From positions 12,338,001 through 12,402,000 of the forward strand of contig JBHGNT010000013.1 of assembly GCA_043228905.1 (NCBI GenBank): DNA of 64,000 bases, written 5' to 3'. The notes beneath the pieces were generated by a model. It saw nothing but the letters and a program-made list of their open reading frames with translations, searched no databases and was not told where the DNA came from. The position numbers were made by a program, and so were the translations under genes. This stretch comes from Azolla caroliniana. Its lineage: Eukaryota; Plantae; Polypodiophyta. Of the stretch, positions 10,168 through 24,857 are shown one piece after another (position 1 is the first letter of the stretch; each line of letters begins with the position of its first letter).

Positions 10168-10201
<34 letters not shown>

Positions 10202-10559
10202 GAGGTCGTTGCCTCTGTTGTAACCGCTGCCTGTGGCGAAGATCGTGAGCACGAGGTCGTTGCCTCCGTGAGCTCACTGATTGTAATCTTTGTGACATAG
10301 TGTTAGTTTGGAGTCTGTGAACTCACGTGGTTTTTCCCTCTCAGGGTTTTCCACGTTAAACATCATGTGTACTCTTCTCTCCTTTCTGTCGTGCATTCAT
10401 TATCCGTTTTCTGTGTTTGATTTAGACTCGGTTGTGGCCGAGCGTTGTTCATCGGAGCGTGTAGTTCCTGTTATATGACACACTAGTTATTATGTATTAC
10501 ATAGTAGCGGGGTGCTCACACACTTGGATAGTCCTAATGTGTGTTCACGCACTAGGGAA

Positions 10560-11400
10560 GTTGAGTTTGATTCTCAAATGTTTGAATATTTCTTCTGAAA
10601 TTCAAGTTGCTCCTTTGATATTGGCTATTAGGAAAAAAATGTTATATTGGATTAAAGTTAAACTATTTTTTATATTTTATCTAGTCTTTGGTATATATAT
10701 GTCACACTGCAATTTTACTCGATCATATACATGACAACTATAGAGGTTGCTAAGGAATTATTAGTAGGCTTGCGATGAAGGAAATCATGCATGAGCCAAG
10801 GTTTATTGGTCTACAATTGTTAAGCCTTTGCTTCAGGGATGATTGGGAATTGTTGATATGTTTTAGCAATCAAAAACTTTGCTTGTGAGATTAGCGATTA
10901 GGGGACTATTATTAGGGGCAGAACCATGGAAACAATTGTTGATCTACATATTGCAAAGGATTTGTCCCAAAAATGGTGGAGATTAGAAACTCAATGTTTC
11001 CAATGGAGTTTTGTGGAAGACAACGAGATTGATGTTTCTACAAAATGGGAAGATAGGTTTGTTTGATCTGTTATTAATGTGTGGAAGGGTGTTTCTCTGT
11101 ATTTAGTCAAGCAATATCCAAAAATAGAACTTGAATTTTGTAGACAAAACCCTTGATTTGGAATTCTTCACTATCATAGGGGACATATACTTGGAAGGTG
11201 TACAAGATGAGCATGCCAGAATTGGATCAAGGTCTACCACAATCTATAAGTTCTTGGAGATCATTTTTGTCCTCGCTAGCAAACAAAAAAACATTGGTGC
11301 TTAATAAGAGAAAGGGAAATGGCAATATTTTTTGCGATACAAGGCATCATTCTAATCAGTGCAATTGCACTTTCAAACTTCCATACATAGTTTTCTAACC
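10560..11400 (+). mobile_element. Decayed L1-clade LINE ORF2 remnant (apparent host of the Copia insertion)
   Basis: Broken translation IRKKMLYW...AKVYWSTI...LGIVD...LAIRGLLLGAEPWK resembles the post-RT region of L1 ORF2. Boundaries are approximate. Confidence 0.6.
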
Positions 11401-14400
11401 TTAAGGTGAGTAGATGTGGGCTAATTCATTTAGAATAAAGGGTAAGTAATTTCATCGCTTGACCACTTCTGATGAAGTAGTCCAGTGTAAATAGACAAAG
11501 GCCTAGGTTTTGAGCCTATATAAAAGAAGGTTAACTACATTCTTCAAGGGAACATGAGTTACTACATGGAGACTTTGTTAAAGTGGCAAAGGTCTAGTTC
11601 CATATTTGTGTTCCTACTTGAAAACCCAAGGTACAATTGATGTTCGTACTCATTGGTATGAGACGCCAACATGGCACTCAGATCCATCTCTCACCTTCAT
11701 TAGGGGATGGTTGGGTGGTTAGCACCCTTTCTTCCTTATTTCCTCCTTATTTTATTTTCTTAACATTAACACATTTCCTACATTTTATGAAGTTTTTTGT
11801 GATAATACCCATGAAAGGGTGCTCAAGAGTAACATCTAGCTAGCATTTAACAATGACATATACACATAAACTCGGCTATTTGCATGCATCAAACTATTGA
11901 TGGACTAATTGTTAGCATCTTTTTAGCATATAGTCTTCATAATTTAAAATTATACAACTTGTTGTAATCACGATAATATTTGAATAACACAATCTAACAC
12001 AAAACATTATGTTGGAACCAAGCATTAACCATTCAAGACATTTAGTGTAGTGATTTGTGGGCTTGTGTCGGACTACCCTAAATAGTTAACACACATTATG
12101 AGTGTCTATCTACATGCCTTTCTTGCTACATTAATGATTTTAAACACATCATCCCAAAGGCATCATGGTACACTACACAAAACACAATCTGGTGGGAAAA
12201 CAGGCTTACGATCTTATGAAGCTCTAGTCTTCCACTTAAGCAACAAGTATTCCTATGGAGATGCCTATTGGGTGTGCTCCTGACGGGGTTGAATCCTTAA
12301 AAGAGATCGATAGCCTCATCGCATTGTGCACAATGTGGTGGATGATCAGAAATAGTCCCACACTTATTACAGACTTGCTCATTCACTACAACATTTGTAC
12401 AAAGACTAAGTGCATCTCTTTCTCATAGATTTCCTGGCCGAATGTTTGGGCAGCACTTTTGGCTATTTGGATGGATTCTGCACACCCTATCCAGTAATGC
12501 CTATTTTCTCCAATGGACAAGATTTTGGGCTCTCTAGACCATCAGGACGGCCCTCAATAATAAGGTCTTTGATCGAAACCAACTGCATGAAGTTAGCTTC
12601 TTTAAGCAATCCCTCAAGCAATCTCTATTTGATTGTCTGCAACTTAGAGACATCACACTACAATTTTACACTCTTTACTTTTAGTGCTTCTAAGTTGTTT
12701 AGTGTCTAATTGACACTTGTATACTTCTCTTTATTCTCTGTGGGTGTTGAGGTTTCTTGTTAGCAATAAAAGTGTTACTAAAAATAATAATATGCTCAAT
12801 TGTTATCAATTTAACATTATTGGCCATCTTAAAGGATGAATATCTATAGTAGCCATTATCTAATAACCGGTACCGTATAAGTAGCTAAACTTGATTTTGA
12901 ACGTGTATGTGCCCAACGTGGTGGGGTATCAAATAAGATGGCATGAGTGCTCGAGAATTATGTCTAATGTGTGTAAATGTGTGTAGTAGGAATCGCTAAA
13001 AAAACATTGATGACCTAAAAAGGAGTGTTAAGTGTTTCCAACCATCTTTGAAGCATGTAAAGTTTAGCAAATAGCTAACCTTTGAAAAAACCATCCAACA
13101 TTTTTTATAATAGCGAGGTATTTTGGAAGCAATTTTAAATTCTTATGATTGAAATTTGATGCGTCCAAGAATATTGAGGCACATATTGTATCAAACATGC
13201 CTAGCAAACACAATTAACATGACAAATAAAAAATTGTTCAACTACGAAAAAATTTGGCATAATATCTCAAATTGCAAGTTTGATAAAAGAATTATTTCAT
13301 TGACGAGTTTCAAAACATTCACAAGCATGATTCTTGCAGTGGGAATTGTTACCTAGAAGTTAGAATATAACCCTCAAGCGTTGGACATTGTCTATTGCAT
13401 TGGAATGTGGAACCTAAATGCATTAATTGCTTTCCGCGCACACTCGGTACTTAATTTCTTGGCCTCCCTCATTTTTCTCATGGACAATGTAGTTTTCCAC
13501 TTTGATGATGATTTCAAGACACGTATTGATTATTTAATGAGAGCTTCTCAAGGAACGACGTGTTGAATGTTGAAAGTGGTAATTAATCATGGACACCATA
13601 TTGTTAAAGTCGGTCAACCTGTTCTAGATAATCAACCATTCTTCAAAAACAACGTCAAGTGGGATGATTATAAGATGAAAGATGAATTGTTGTTCAAATG
13701 GCAAAGTAAGCATTTATGATCTATTCTACATATGAGTCAATCGATGTCTCTAAAGAGTTTATGATATATGTATAACAAAGTTACTATTTCTCCTTAAAAT
13801 TCCATTATAATTGCAAGTAAATGTCCAACTTATCTTGTAAATGAAATTTCACGAGCACAATGAATGGATGCATCTCAATTATCGCATTGTCTCCCTGAAA
13901 CAGTTTGGATTGTCTTCATAGTATAAAGAAGTCATGATTATGAACTATTTACAAATATCTGTAGAGGAGAGGTAAAGTTCTTATTTACCCTCTTGCTTAA
14001 CAATAATATGATTTCTCTACATTCCTCAAAGCTCAACACATTCAATTTCCCTAATTTATGCAAAACTCGGTAGATCATCAATGTTAAGAACAAACATATT
14101 GATCTATGTTGAGATAATATAAGTGTGGTTTAGATTAGACATAATTTGTATAAGTAATAGTGATTTCAATCTTATTATCAAACAATGGAAAGTCAATCTT
14201 AAAGTGGATCTAGAGCTTCACTCTTTGAATATGTCCCATTTTGGTTTTGCTATATACAACAATGCAAAATTGTTGATGTGATAACAATGCTTCTGTGTGC
14301 ATCGTGCAGGTTTCCTAATATGATGACCATGTTCATAGCTTGAGTAGATATGATTAAGATGATCAAAATGAGTATTCTCAATTGGATTATTGACATAGTA

Positions 14401-17400
14401 TCCCCCTCACTTGTTGAAGAAAACTATTGGTTAAACCATTTAAGTGGGACATGATTCCATTGAAGGTAAAAAAATATGTGATGTAGCCATCCTTCACTAA
14501 ATTTTAGGGAAGTGGCTAAGAAAAATATCCTTCCCACAATTTTCTAATTACCACCACAATTCTCATTTTGTGCTTTGGGAGGATGGAGTGATGTTTTGGA
14601 ACTTGAAGTAGCCTTTTGAAAGTGTGGTATCCCCAAAATGTTTGATCATCAATATTGCATGTATACCTTATGCCAACTTTATTTCCCATTGATCCCTACT
14701 TCTCACCCATATTTTAAGGACATGGCTCCTTAAATGTCCCTGACTACTTTCAATCGCAACATAGTATAGGGCAAATGCATGGATAATCATTTACGTTGTT
14801 GTACAACCTAATCATATTTGGGGGGTTGATGAATTTATTCTTCTTATAATTAGATAAACTAAAAAGTTCTATGGCCAAGGTAGAACTTGATTTGAGAGAA
14901 ACCACCCTCCTTAAAGAAAAACATATAGGGAAAATGACGTACATGCAAAGGTGATAATGTATTAATGCTTGACTTGCCAAGTCATCAAAGTTAATGTTCA
15001 CACTAATTTGACGAGTTTGATGTTGGGTAACAAAGTGTTGGTAACATTAGAAAATTTCTACCAAGTTAGGTTTTGTGATCTTAATGCATATATATGTAGT
15101 TCTAAATGTGTGACGCCAATGTGTTTTATGCTAGAATGACTGCCTTCAACCACAACCATGCATAAGACCTTCTAGTAACCTCTAGTAAACTTTTTATTGG
15201 ATACCTACACATAGTTTAAGGAGGAACATTAGTGCCTCGTGTGAATTAGATCAATCAATAACATTGAAAATATCAATCAGATAATACTTTGTAAGGATTG
15301 CAGAAAGCACCCATATTGTGAGGTAATGTTGACTAAAACATATGCATAGAACTAGTCAACGTGTAGCACAAATGACAAATTAGAACTAATCAATGGTAAT
15401 GGTAATGTTAATGTAGTGTACTTCCATGAGATCCTTCAATTTCATATCGTGATTCATGAAGATGAAAATTTGAGGACATATATGAAGATAAAATAAGTGA
15501 ATCTCTTATCTGGAAAAAGAGGACAATGGGACTGTGAATTTCGTATGTCGCTAGGTATTGATTCAACACAACATTTTTGACCTACTACACTAGTCACACT
15601 CAATTAAAGTCCATTGCCATTTAATTAAATTGACCATTTCCAAATAAGCAATGCACAATGAATTTTTTGTTTCGTAAAGCAAACATTTTAATTGAGTGTG
15701 CATTTACATACACAATTACCACAAAGCCATGTATGATAATGAGACATCACAATGGCAATATATTGCACAATAATGTGTGTATAGTTGAAAAATTACCACA
15801 ATGAGGGCTGCACATATACATAGACACTAGGGAATAGCAATATGCACATATGTGTGCATAAATTGCCTAACCTTATAACATGAAATTGAAGTAATAGCAC
15901 CCCCCTCCCCTTCCAAATTATCCATTATAAGAGAATATATTGATAATAGCATTAAGATTGTGGCAAAATTATCATTACCAAAATCATCCTAACAAATGCA
16001 AATTGTAGAGATTCAAGAAGGCTCTTAGTGAAAAAAACCAGTGGAACAAAATATAAATCACATATCCTTTTACACTATGAATAGAGAGTTCCAGTATTAA
16101 AAACCTATGATCTCCATCCCATCCGAGTCTGCGGCCTTAACTAAACTAATGCATGAACTAACTACCAATATTGACAATATCGCAACACATTGATGTCACA
16201 TGTTTTGAGTTAGTAGCCCTAGTCACTTAAATTGATAAATAACCCATTCTTTCTAACAAAGGTAAAACATGCAATCTCTACTTGTGCATACATGATAATG
16301 GGAATGTAAATAAGGATGTTATAATGAATGAATGGGTAATTGGCAAACATGTGGATATTTAAGTAATTTAAAACCATACGCTAGTAAAGGAACTTACTTA
16401 CTATCATTGTTCAATCTCATGTGATTGAAAAGCTTCTAATAGTCAATTGAGTCCATGTGATTGGCATCCTCGAGATATGAACAATGTAGCTCAAATAATA
16501 GAAGAATAATGCATTGAATATACTTAAGGCATAATAATTCAATCTCACCAATTCATAGTTTATAACAAGGAAATGCATTTGCATGTATGTGATTACCTTC
16601 AAAATTTCAATACTTTACAAACATGACTTGATTTTCATTCCAATCACTCACATAATATCTTTCTACGCCACACAATGAGCGTGCATGTGTGGACTTTTGA
16701 TGGTTTGTAAATTTCATTGCAAGGAAAATGATATTCTTGACCTATATTATCAAAACACTTTGTGTAATTATTAATGCAATATGGTTGCCTTTCACTATGT
16801 ACTTGTTTTTCATGCTCTAAATAGAAAAGTAATAGTTTTATGAAGCGACACAACCATGTTTGTGCATATTCATGGATTTGCCCACCTGACTTGTGGGTGC
16901 ATTTTTTAGGGATGCATGTGAAGTGGTCCTTCATTTATAAAGGCACTTAACGTAGTTGATTTCGTCAAGTCACCAAGTTTTTGACGTAATGCAAATTTGT
17001 TTGTGGGCCTATTCATTGATAGAGGCAATGCAATACATGGTAATTCACATGTATTGTTTAAAACCATTACTATTACTGGATTCTCACCGGGTAATATGGT
17101 ACTAGCACTTTACCTGAGTCCATTAACAATTCAATTTTTGACCAAATGAGATGCATTAGAATATTTATTGCTATAGCTTCAATGTAACATTGATTTTTTT
17201 GGGTAAATATATAGTCAGATATCACAGACACACCTTTTTATTATTGAAGAGATAAATGACACTTTGAACAATGGATGAGTTAACGCAATGGGATGGATTC
17301 ATGAAAAAGGTTCACAAGAAGATATTGCATGTTAAAGTTGAATGCGAGATGTCTCATTGCTTGAAATATTCAAGAGGCTATTGAAGGGGACATTCTAGCA

Positions 17401-18292
17401 CTTAGATAGAAAAACCTGTTGGTGCAATGCCAAAGCTTTTGCCCTTCATAATATATAAGATCATGAAGCCATTGTTGTGTCATGTAAGACTTCATAGTTT
17501 GAGATTATGCATGGTAGTGATTCTTGCATAGAGATATTGTGCAATGGCAATTTGCTCCTATAAATGAAATTATGCACACCAGTGTGGGGGATTTTTGTAC
17601 TTAAATCATCTGTTGGATGTAGTACGATGACATTTTTATATTCTAGATCATCCATACAAAACATTTGGTTCCTAAAAGCATTTATGGCTTAAATTGTCGC
17701 TTTACAACATTGACATGGACGTTTTTAAGACGTACATAGCAACAAAAGCACGATATATCAATCAATTGGCGTTGTTGCTTTGTCTTTGTGGAAGATGCAT
17801 ATAAATCATTAATTGTCCGTACTGAGAACGCTACGATAAAATTCCAGCCCTTGTAAAAAGTCGAATGCCTCTCCCTGGGGGGGGGGGGGGGGGGGCAACC
17901 ATCGATATATGCACAATTGTAATCGAGCTCCCTCGAATGAATCGTGGTTTCACTTGAGGCGCCAACATTTTTTTTGGCTGGTGGCATTGATTCGAAGTTC
18001 CACCTTCCGTGTTGTTTTATGCACTTGAACATATTTACTCTCTTTAATACAACAAATCTTTAAAATTAAGCTAGGAGCTTCGGAGGCCTTAACTGGAATC
18101 GTCCCTGTCCTTATTATATGTATGTATGTGTATACATACATACATACATACATTTTTTGTGTTGGGGGGGGGGGGAAGGGGTGGGGTGTCCGGACGGGGG
18201 GGCGGGCGGACAGGTGTGAAACGGGGGGAGATGGACGGACGGACAAGTGTGAAACGACAAATCGGGGGCCCTTGTAGAAATGCGAGAAAATT

Positions 18293-18303
18293 GGACCGTT
18301 GAG
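18293..18303 (-). promoter_or_regulatory. MSA-like element (CTCAACGGTCC) upstream of TPX2
   Basis: AACGG core of the MYB3R-bound mitosis-specific activator element, about 550 bp upstream of the ATG of a G2/M gene. Short motif, could be chance. Confidence 0.4.
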
Positions 18304-18382
18304 AAAGGCGAAAATGAACAAAAGAACAACCGAGGCGCCCCAAAAATGAAGAAAAGACATAATAATATATATTACATACATA

Positions 18383-18415
<33 letters not shown>

Positions 18416-18574
18416 AAACCAAAGAAAAGAATTACAAAAAAGCTGATTAAACCCAAACTAATTAAGCGACTTCTTCTTCTTCTTCTTCTTCATCGTCTGT
18501 AAACAGCCACAACGTTATCTGTTCTGCTTTCCCTGTCTAATAATTCCTTCGAAGAAACTCAGGCCTCCGCCATA

Positions 18575-18605
18575 GCTCTCTCTCTCTCTCTGAATAGCTC
18601 CACAG

Positions 18606-18648
<43 letters not shown>

Positions 18649-18722
18649 CTGTCTCCGAACCTTTCTTTACACTCACCTCTCAATCTTTTCTTCTTCTTCT
18701 TCTTCTTCTTCTTCTTCTTCTT
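18575..18722. repeat. (CT)n and (CTT)n microsatellites in the TPX2 5' region
   Basis: Directly visible. Confidence 0.85.
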
Positions 18723-18854
18723 GTGAGCCTTTCTTTCCTCTAGTCTTTCTGCTCCATGTTCGACTTCCCCATCTCCATCTCCATCTCCATCTCCATCGCC
18801 TTCCCCTTCTCTACCTTTATGTGCATTCTCCCTTCTTAACCACGCGCAGGTTCA

Positions 18855-21800
18855 ATGACGCCTCCTCCTCCTCCTCCTCCTCCTCCTCCTCCCTCTCAAC
18901 CTCTTCATTCTTCTTCTTCTTCCTATTCCTTCAAATTTGACCCTGACTTCGAGTTCTCCGCACCTCAGTTTTATGACTTCACCATCACCGAGACTCTCTC
19001 TCAGGTTCATGAAGCTGAACGATGGTTCCAAACCTCTGGTAGCCATAGCGCATCACGTAAGTCGTCTCTCTATTCTCTCCTTCCTCCGGATTTTGTTTAT
19101 TATATAATTCATTCTGCATGGAATCTACGTTTCGATGGCTGTAAAGGAAGCACTACCCCAGCTTTAAGAGATTTTTTGACACAAAAAGCTTTTGTACTGT
19201 ATTGCATTTAGCAAATGGAAACTCAGAGAATGGGAATTTGCAGCTTTGAGGATCATATCACAGGCCGTTTCCCCTTTTTCACGATTATATGAAAATGCAG
19301 GATCTTGACTGCCTTGAACGGACTCGAAAATAGAAATACATATTCTATCCCAAATTTCAGTTTTCGAAAATAGAGATACATATTTTATCCCAAGTTTTAG
19401 TTCTCTTGAAAGAACTGATCTCCACTTACAAGCTATGAGGATTCATTCTTTCTTTGATTTGATAAAACAAAATGTAGACCTTTTGTTTTATGTTAAATAG
19501 GATCTGAATTGCAAATGAAGTTTTTTTGGTGATCTTAAAATAATTTATTGTAATCAGAATTGTATTTTGTCACTGGCAGCATTTTCTATTCGGTCAAGGG
19601 GCATTATGATCACGCCTGGTGGAAAAAATGGTGAATATATTGAAGAAGACAATGATGACGAGGTAGTAAATATTAATGAGATAATGGAATAACAAATTCG
19701 AATTCTATATGTACATCATGAAGATTTCTCATATGAATGATTGTTCCTGTATCGCAGATGGATACCTCTACCTCCCCCAGGGACTGCACTCAAAACCTGT
19801 TTGATGGTCATGTGTAAGATCGATTCCTGTTCCCATTTACCTTTGTCAAATGTAGGATATCTATTTTGATTTCAGTTTTACATGCCTAAAAGCAGTTTAA
19901 AATTGAACAGGTTCTCTATGAACAATGTACCGGAGGTAACATATTATCAGAATGACATCACTGGCATGCCTCTCAGTAAGATTTGTGCTATTTCTCAATT
20001 CATATGTATCATCTATATATCCGATTTTACAACAAACTGTTCTTTTTATTCAGTTTCTTTCAGCCAATTAACGTCTGTTTTCTGCAGTAAGTGCATCCGA
20101 CGATCTTGTGGATGTGGATCTACAGACTCCTGCAAAGCAGTGTCTGGACAAGGGAATATCTGCCTGTCATGTACCGATATCATTTTCTCCTGGAAGTCTT
20201 CCAGGTAAACGTATTCATGCAGAAATTTCGAAGAAGATTCCACAAACAGAGAAGGCAATCCCAACCAAGAGCTACCTCACAAGGTTAGTTGAACCAAGGA
20301 TATTTGTTGCCATCGGTGTCCTCATTTGCATTGAGAGTTAGATGGGTTCGTTCATTGATGCCAAATGTTCTGTACAGGAAGCCACAAACAGAGAAACCTG
20401 TCAGACATGGTGTGCAACCAGTGAAAAAGCAAAAATTGGAGGGTGGACGGCTTAGACAGGTAAGAAGTGTTTCCAACCCTGTTACATCATGGAGAGGTAT
20501 TTGATTGGTTTGCTTACCATTAGAGCACAGACCTAACATTAATAAATGAGTGCATAGATGGGTATGTGAAAACTAGTATTACCACTAGGATACAGCCCAG
20601 AGAGAGAAAAAGAGAGACAGAGAAATTTGCTTATCAATACAGATCATGAACGTGAAGGATGAAAAACAGACAGCAAGAACACCCTCAAATTTAACAGTTC
20701 CACGTAGCTTCAATTTTTCAACAGAAAGACGGCTAGCTAAGGGAGCAGGAGTTTCTTCTGTCCCAAAGGTGCAACCTTTTTTAAGTAGTTTCTAAGTATG
20801 CATATGAGAATGATCGACATTAATCACTTCTATCCAATGCAGGTAACCAGACCTAGATCTCCGTTTGTCTCTATGGCAGAAAAAGTTCAGAGATTTGAGA
20901 TGAAAACACGAGAATGCTTCCAAAATATAAACCTCAGTCGTGTAAGCAAACACACTCTAGAATATATTGAAGTGAGTAATATTTGGTTAATTGTGTGGAA
21001 TTTTAATGATCTTGTCTCCATCATAGGATGATGGAAGTTGCCTTACACAAGAGAGGCCAAGAATGAAGCTTACAAAGCCCAAAGAACCTGATTTTGAAAC
21101 TTCTCAAAGGGCTAGACCAGCTAGGTATTTAGCACGTCATTATAATGCCCTTGTTCCAAGATAGCTTAACCATAGTATACTTAAAATTTTCAAGCAATTG
21201 TTTTATTTATTTTGCATACTGTCGTTCTTTTCTCTTAATCAAGGGTGAAGAGCACAGCAGAATTAGAAGCTGAGATGCTTGCCAAGATGCCAAAGTTTAA
21301 AGCACGTCCGTTGAACAAGAAGGTGAATATATGCTATGATTAGTCATTATACTTGTTGTACGTATAGCTTCTCATGGCTGGATATATGAATCCCTGTTCT
21401 AATGAGGAATACTATTAGATTTTGGAAGCTCCAGCTTTACCTGCATTACCTAAGACAAAGCCAGCACTACCAGAGTTTCAGGTAACGTGAGAAATGAATA
21501 ACAACTGATGAGAGTGATAACATAATATCGACAGCTGATTTGTCTCTATTTCATGCAGGTATTCCACCTTAGAACTATGGAGCGTGCACTTCAGCATTGT
21601 GGAGGAGCTTCGGTCGCATCTGTTTCCTCAACAGATTCTTCTATGGTGAGATGCAGGCTCCTTGAAGACCAGTCTGTTGATTGGGTAACCAGTCCTCTGA
21701 AAGAGATTGCTTGTGTTGTTGCATTGCCAGTTTGATGAGTTAAAACAATGCCGTAAGTCTGTTCATGATGGAGGTATCGCCGATGCCAGGGAACCTCATT

Positions 21801-24800
21801 TAGCAACAGCCGCTCGTGCTCGCCCTCCAAAGTAATTATATTCTTCCATTCATTTGATGTTCCTCAAATGTTTTCACAGATCCTCTTTTCAAATTTTCCT
21901 TTTTTCTTTGTAGAGTCAAAAGTTCAGAGGAGAGAGAGCAAGAAGAATTGGCAAAGATTCCAAAATTCAAGGCTCGACCCTTTGACAAGAAGGTGCTGAT
22001 AATGTATATTCAAATTGTTTTCTATATATTTTCATGGAAATCATCGGGGAAGGAGCACTACTTTACTAGTAAGAAAAATATGAAAATAACTCACCTTACC
22101 TTGAAATATGAAAACTAATTCGCCTTACCTTGACAGATATTTTTTAGCCGAGGTGATATGGGAATTCTCAGGAATTCTAAACGTCAAGTGACCATGCCAG
22201 TGGTAGGTACTTGTGGGCAAGGTATTACAGCATGGATACCAACAGCAACTTTCAGATTCATTGGCAGATTTTTTTGTTCTTTGTTGTAAACAGGAGTTCC
22301 ACTTTGCGACAGAAGAGCGCTTCCAAAGTCAATCAGAAATTCCCCTAGATTTATTCAATAAGGTGCTTTAATTGACTTATTATTTCTTATTGGAACGATG
22401 ATGTGTTTTCTGTTTTCTTAAAGTACAATTAATTGTTTGGTTTTCCTTGGCTAGCTCTCTCTTAACCCTCAGAGGGAGAATCACTTACCCAGACCAACTA
22501 AACCAGAACCGTTTCATCTTCTAACTGAGGTACCTCACTTTTGGTTCCAGGAAATGTAAGAAATATTGCTTCCAAAGGCTAATAATTTCTCGCATGCTTT
22601 GTAGGACCGCGGGCACCAAAAGTATGATCGTATGCTTACAGAGATAAAAGAAAATGAACTTAGAGAAAGAGAGCAGAGAATTCCAAAAGCTAAGCCCCTG
22701 CCTTGCACCACAGATTATCCTGAGGTAAGAAATGATAGACTGGTAATTTAATTTGATGCCCCATGCATGCGAATATGGCAATGGACAATAAGATGCTGGG
22801 AAGGATTGCGTGGATAATCAAGTTTGATTTCATCATAATCCAATGCACCAATTTAAGTGTAGATTGCGAAGTATAGAAAGATGCTAGGAAACATCTCTTC
22901 TTGCATCTATTGAATGTGCAAGGGGAGAAGAGCACTTAATAATAAATTTTCTTTCAGGTACCACCCAAGCCTGATCCTAAAGACTGTACGCGACCCAAGC
23001 CATTTTGTTTGGAAAGTATCATACGTCATGAGGAAGAGCTGGCAAGGGTAGCTGAAGAAAAACGCCGTCTTGAGAAGGAGGAAGCTGAACGAAGAAAATT
23101 TCGTGCTCAACCTGTATCATGTCTGTAAGTATGAAATGCCCTTGAAAATGTATATCTGCTATCTGAGCCGACCCACCCTTGAACATCCATATTTTCTATT
23201 TGGGAAATGATGTGATCACTTCCTGCCCCTTTCTCTCTATTTATTGGGAGTTACTGTTAAATCTATTTGCAGCATCACAAACGAAAGCTTATATTTTATC
23301 TTGGATTCAATCTTTCTGAAGAGATTTCTTTGAAGGATTTGTGCAGTTGGAAATTGGCATTCACAATTTGACGATTCTTTTGTCCTGTTTGTATGCATAG
23401 CTTTGTGATATGGATAATAAAATTTTATATAATGTCTGTATGTAGCTCTAAAATGACCTTTCATCCTCTGAATGCTTGATTGGTGTCCAAGCTCGCCATT
23501 TGCACTTCGCATTTTATCCTCTATTCTGCAGTTTACTATGAAGTGAAGACTGACCCTTTATGGGTATACCGGAAATCCAGTCTTCAGAAATTCTCATCAG
23601 GAGATAGACTATGTGTAGATAATATGATAATCCTCTATTTCGTAGCTTCCTCAAAAGACTCTAATCTAATGCCTTGAAATAGCTAATGTAGTGATTGTGT
23701 GTGACATTTTACAGGTGTTCAGTTTTTTAACACTTTATAGATAATATGATAATCCTCAAACAATAATTATGCTTTTAAATAGTTATACATTATGTGAATA
23801 ATGTAAGCCCTACGTACTGATTATTGGACGTTTTATAGATGCCCAGTTTTTATTCCTGAGAGGTCAAGGAAACCACTGACAGAAGTTCAGGAGTTTGGAT
23901 TCAAGGTAGATTCTCGGGCAGTGGAGCGTGCAGATTTTGATAAAAAGGTATATCTATCCTCTAGTAAACATCTTGATAGACTTTCTATTGGATCTCCACT
24001 GCATTTGGTTAGTTTTATTTCTGTGGAAGAAATATGAAAAAATCAACACCTTTAGTGTCAGTTGACCTGATGCTGTGTGTGCTTTTATTAATTTGGTGAA
24101 AAGACCTGAAATAAAATGTATTCAATGAGGAATCTAGATAAAATAGTATGGTCAATGAATTAAAGAGTATTAAAGTGAATGGTGACTGCTGGTGTAGGTG
24201 GCTGAGAAGCAAAACAGTTACAAAAGATTCAGAGAGGAATCTGAAGCTGCACGGAAGGTATGTCTAACTAAGAACTAAGAACCTTCATAGCATATTGACT
24301 GGAAAAGTAGTTAGTATGTATGATGATTATAGGTATCAACCAGAAAGATATGCCTTGATTGAAGAACAGGAATTAGTATTACAATTGATTTTCTTATCTT
24401 ATTTTTCAGGCAGAGGAGGAGAGGCTTATAAAGTACATGAGGAGGACGATGGTTCCACATGCTCGACCTGTACCTGCATTTGACAAACCCTTTGTTCCTA
24501 AAAGGTGAAAGTTTGATTGTCTGCAAATGAGTGAATTCATTGAGAATATGTATGTGTGTTTGTATACATATAAAGGGCTCAGTTTTTTGATTCCATTGAG
24601 AAGGATGAGCTAGATTAGGGAAATTTCCATCTATTCACGTAGATATATGTATATATATGTGCAAATGGGCCATTTCTCAATTTCATATTACAAAGATGGG
24701 CTGATTGTTATATATAAACTGTAGGTGTCCGAAAGGACCAACTAGACCTTGCTCCCCAAAGTTGCAAGTATCACAAAGAAAGGAACGCAGGAATTCGCTC

Positions 24801-24857
24801 ACATTTCGAAGGCAGTCAATGAAATTCAGCATCCAGAAGCGAGTGCAAATGAGATGA
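18855..24857 (+). CDS. TPX2: TPX2 spindle-assembly factor, about 23 coding exons (first 18855-19056, second 19580-19662, last 24725-24857)
   Basis: N-terminal Aurora-binding-like FEFSAPQFYDF...EAERWF, KKQKLEGG, repeated PKFKARP, FHLRTMERA, FRAQPV, TPX2_C-like RAVERADFDKK...RRTMVPHARPVP, and C-terminal QMR. Frame-compatible GT-AG introns where checked. Probable 5' UTR intron at 18723-18849. Confidence 0.93.

Larger units (their letters stand above)
5573..10170 (-). mobile_element. Near full-length two-ORF LINE (RTE/RTEX-like, family 1) with a (TCTA)n tail, flanked by (TC)n
   Basis: ORF1 followed by an APE-RT-CCHC ORF2, a short 3' UTR with a hairpin, (GATA)n at 5573-5599 next to (GA)n, and (AG)n at 10171-10198. 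The clade assignment is inferred from the C-terminal RLSSHALRCETGRW...CxxC...H...C motif. Confidence 0.9.
5245..10473 (+). repeat. Copia 3' LTR split in two (about 5245-5572 and 10171-10473) by a LINE inserted in its (GA)n tract
   Basis: Starts TGTTAG right after the PPT. The two halves joined match the reverse complement of the intact solo LTR at 59987-60714, which has an uninterrupted (CT)n at this position. Confidence 0.88.

Noticed and set aside
13000-17700. Possible heavily decayed MULE/SWIM-type DNA transposon on the minus strand
   Set aside because: Only faint motif echoes (for example LLKYP, KHGC) with no sustained frame, TIR or TSD. It needs a translated homology search.
17950-18456. 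168-aa minus-strand ORF and overlapping short ORFs
   Set aside because: Built from (CA)n, poly-G and (TACA)n low-complexity sequence in the TPX2 upstream region.
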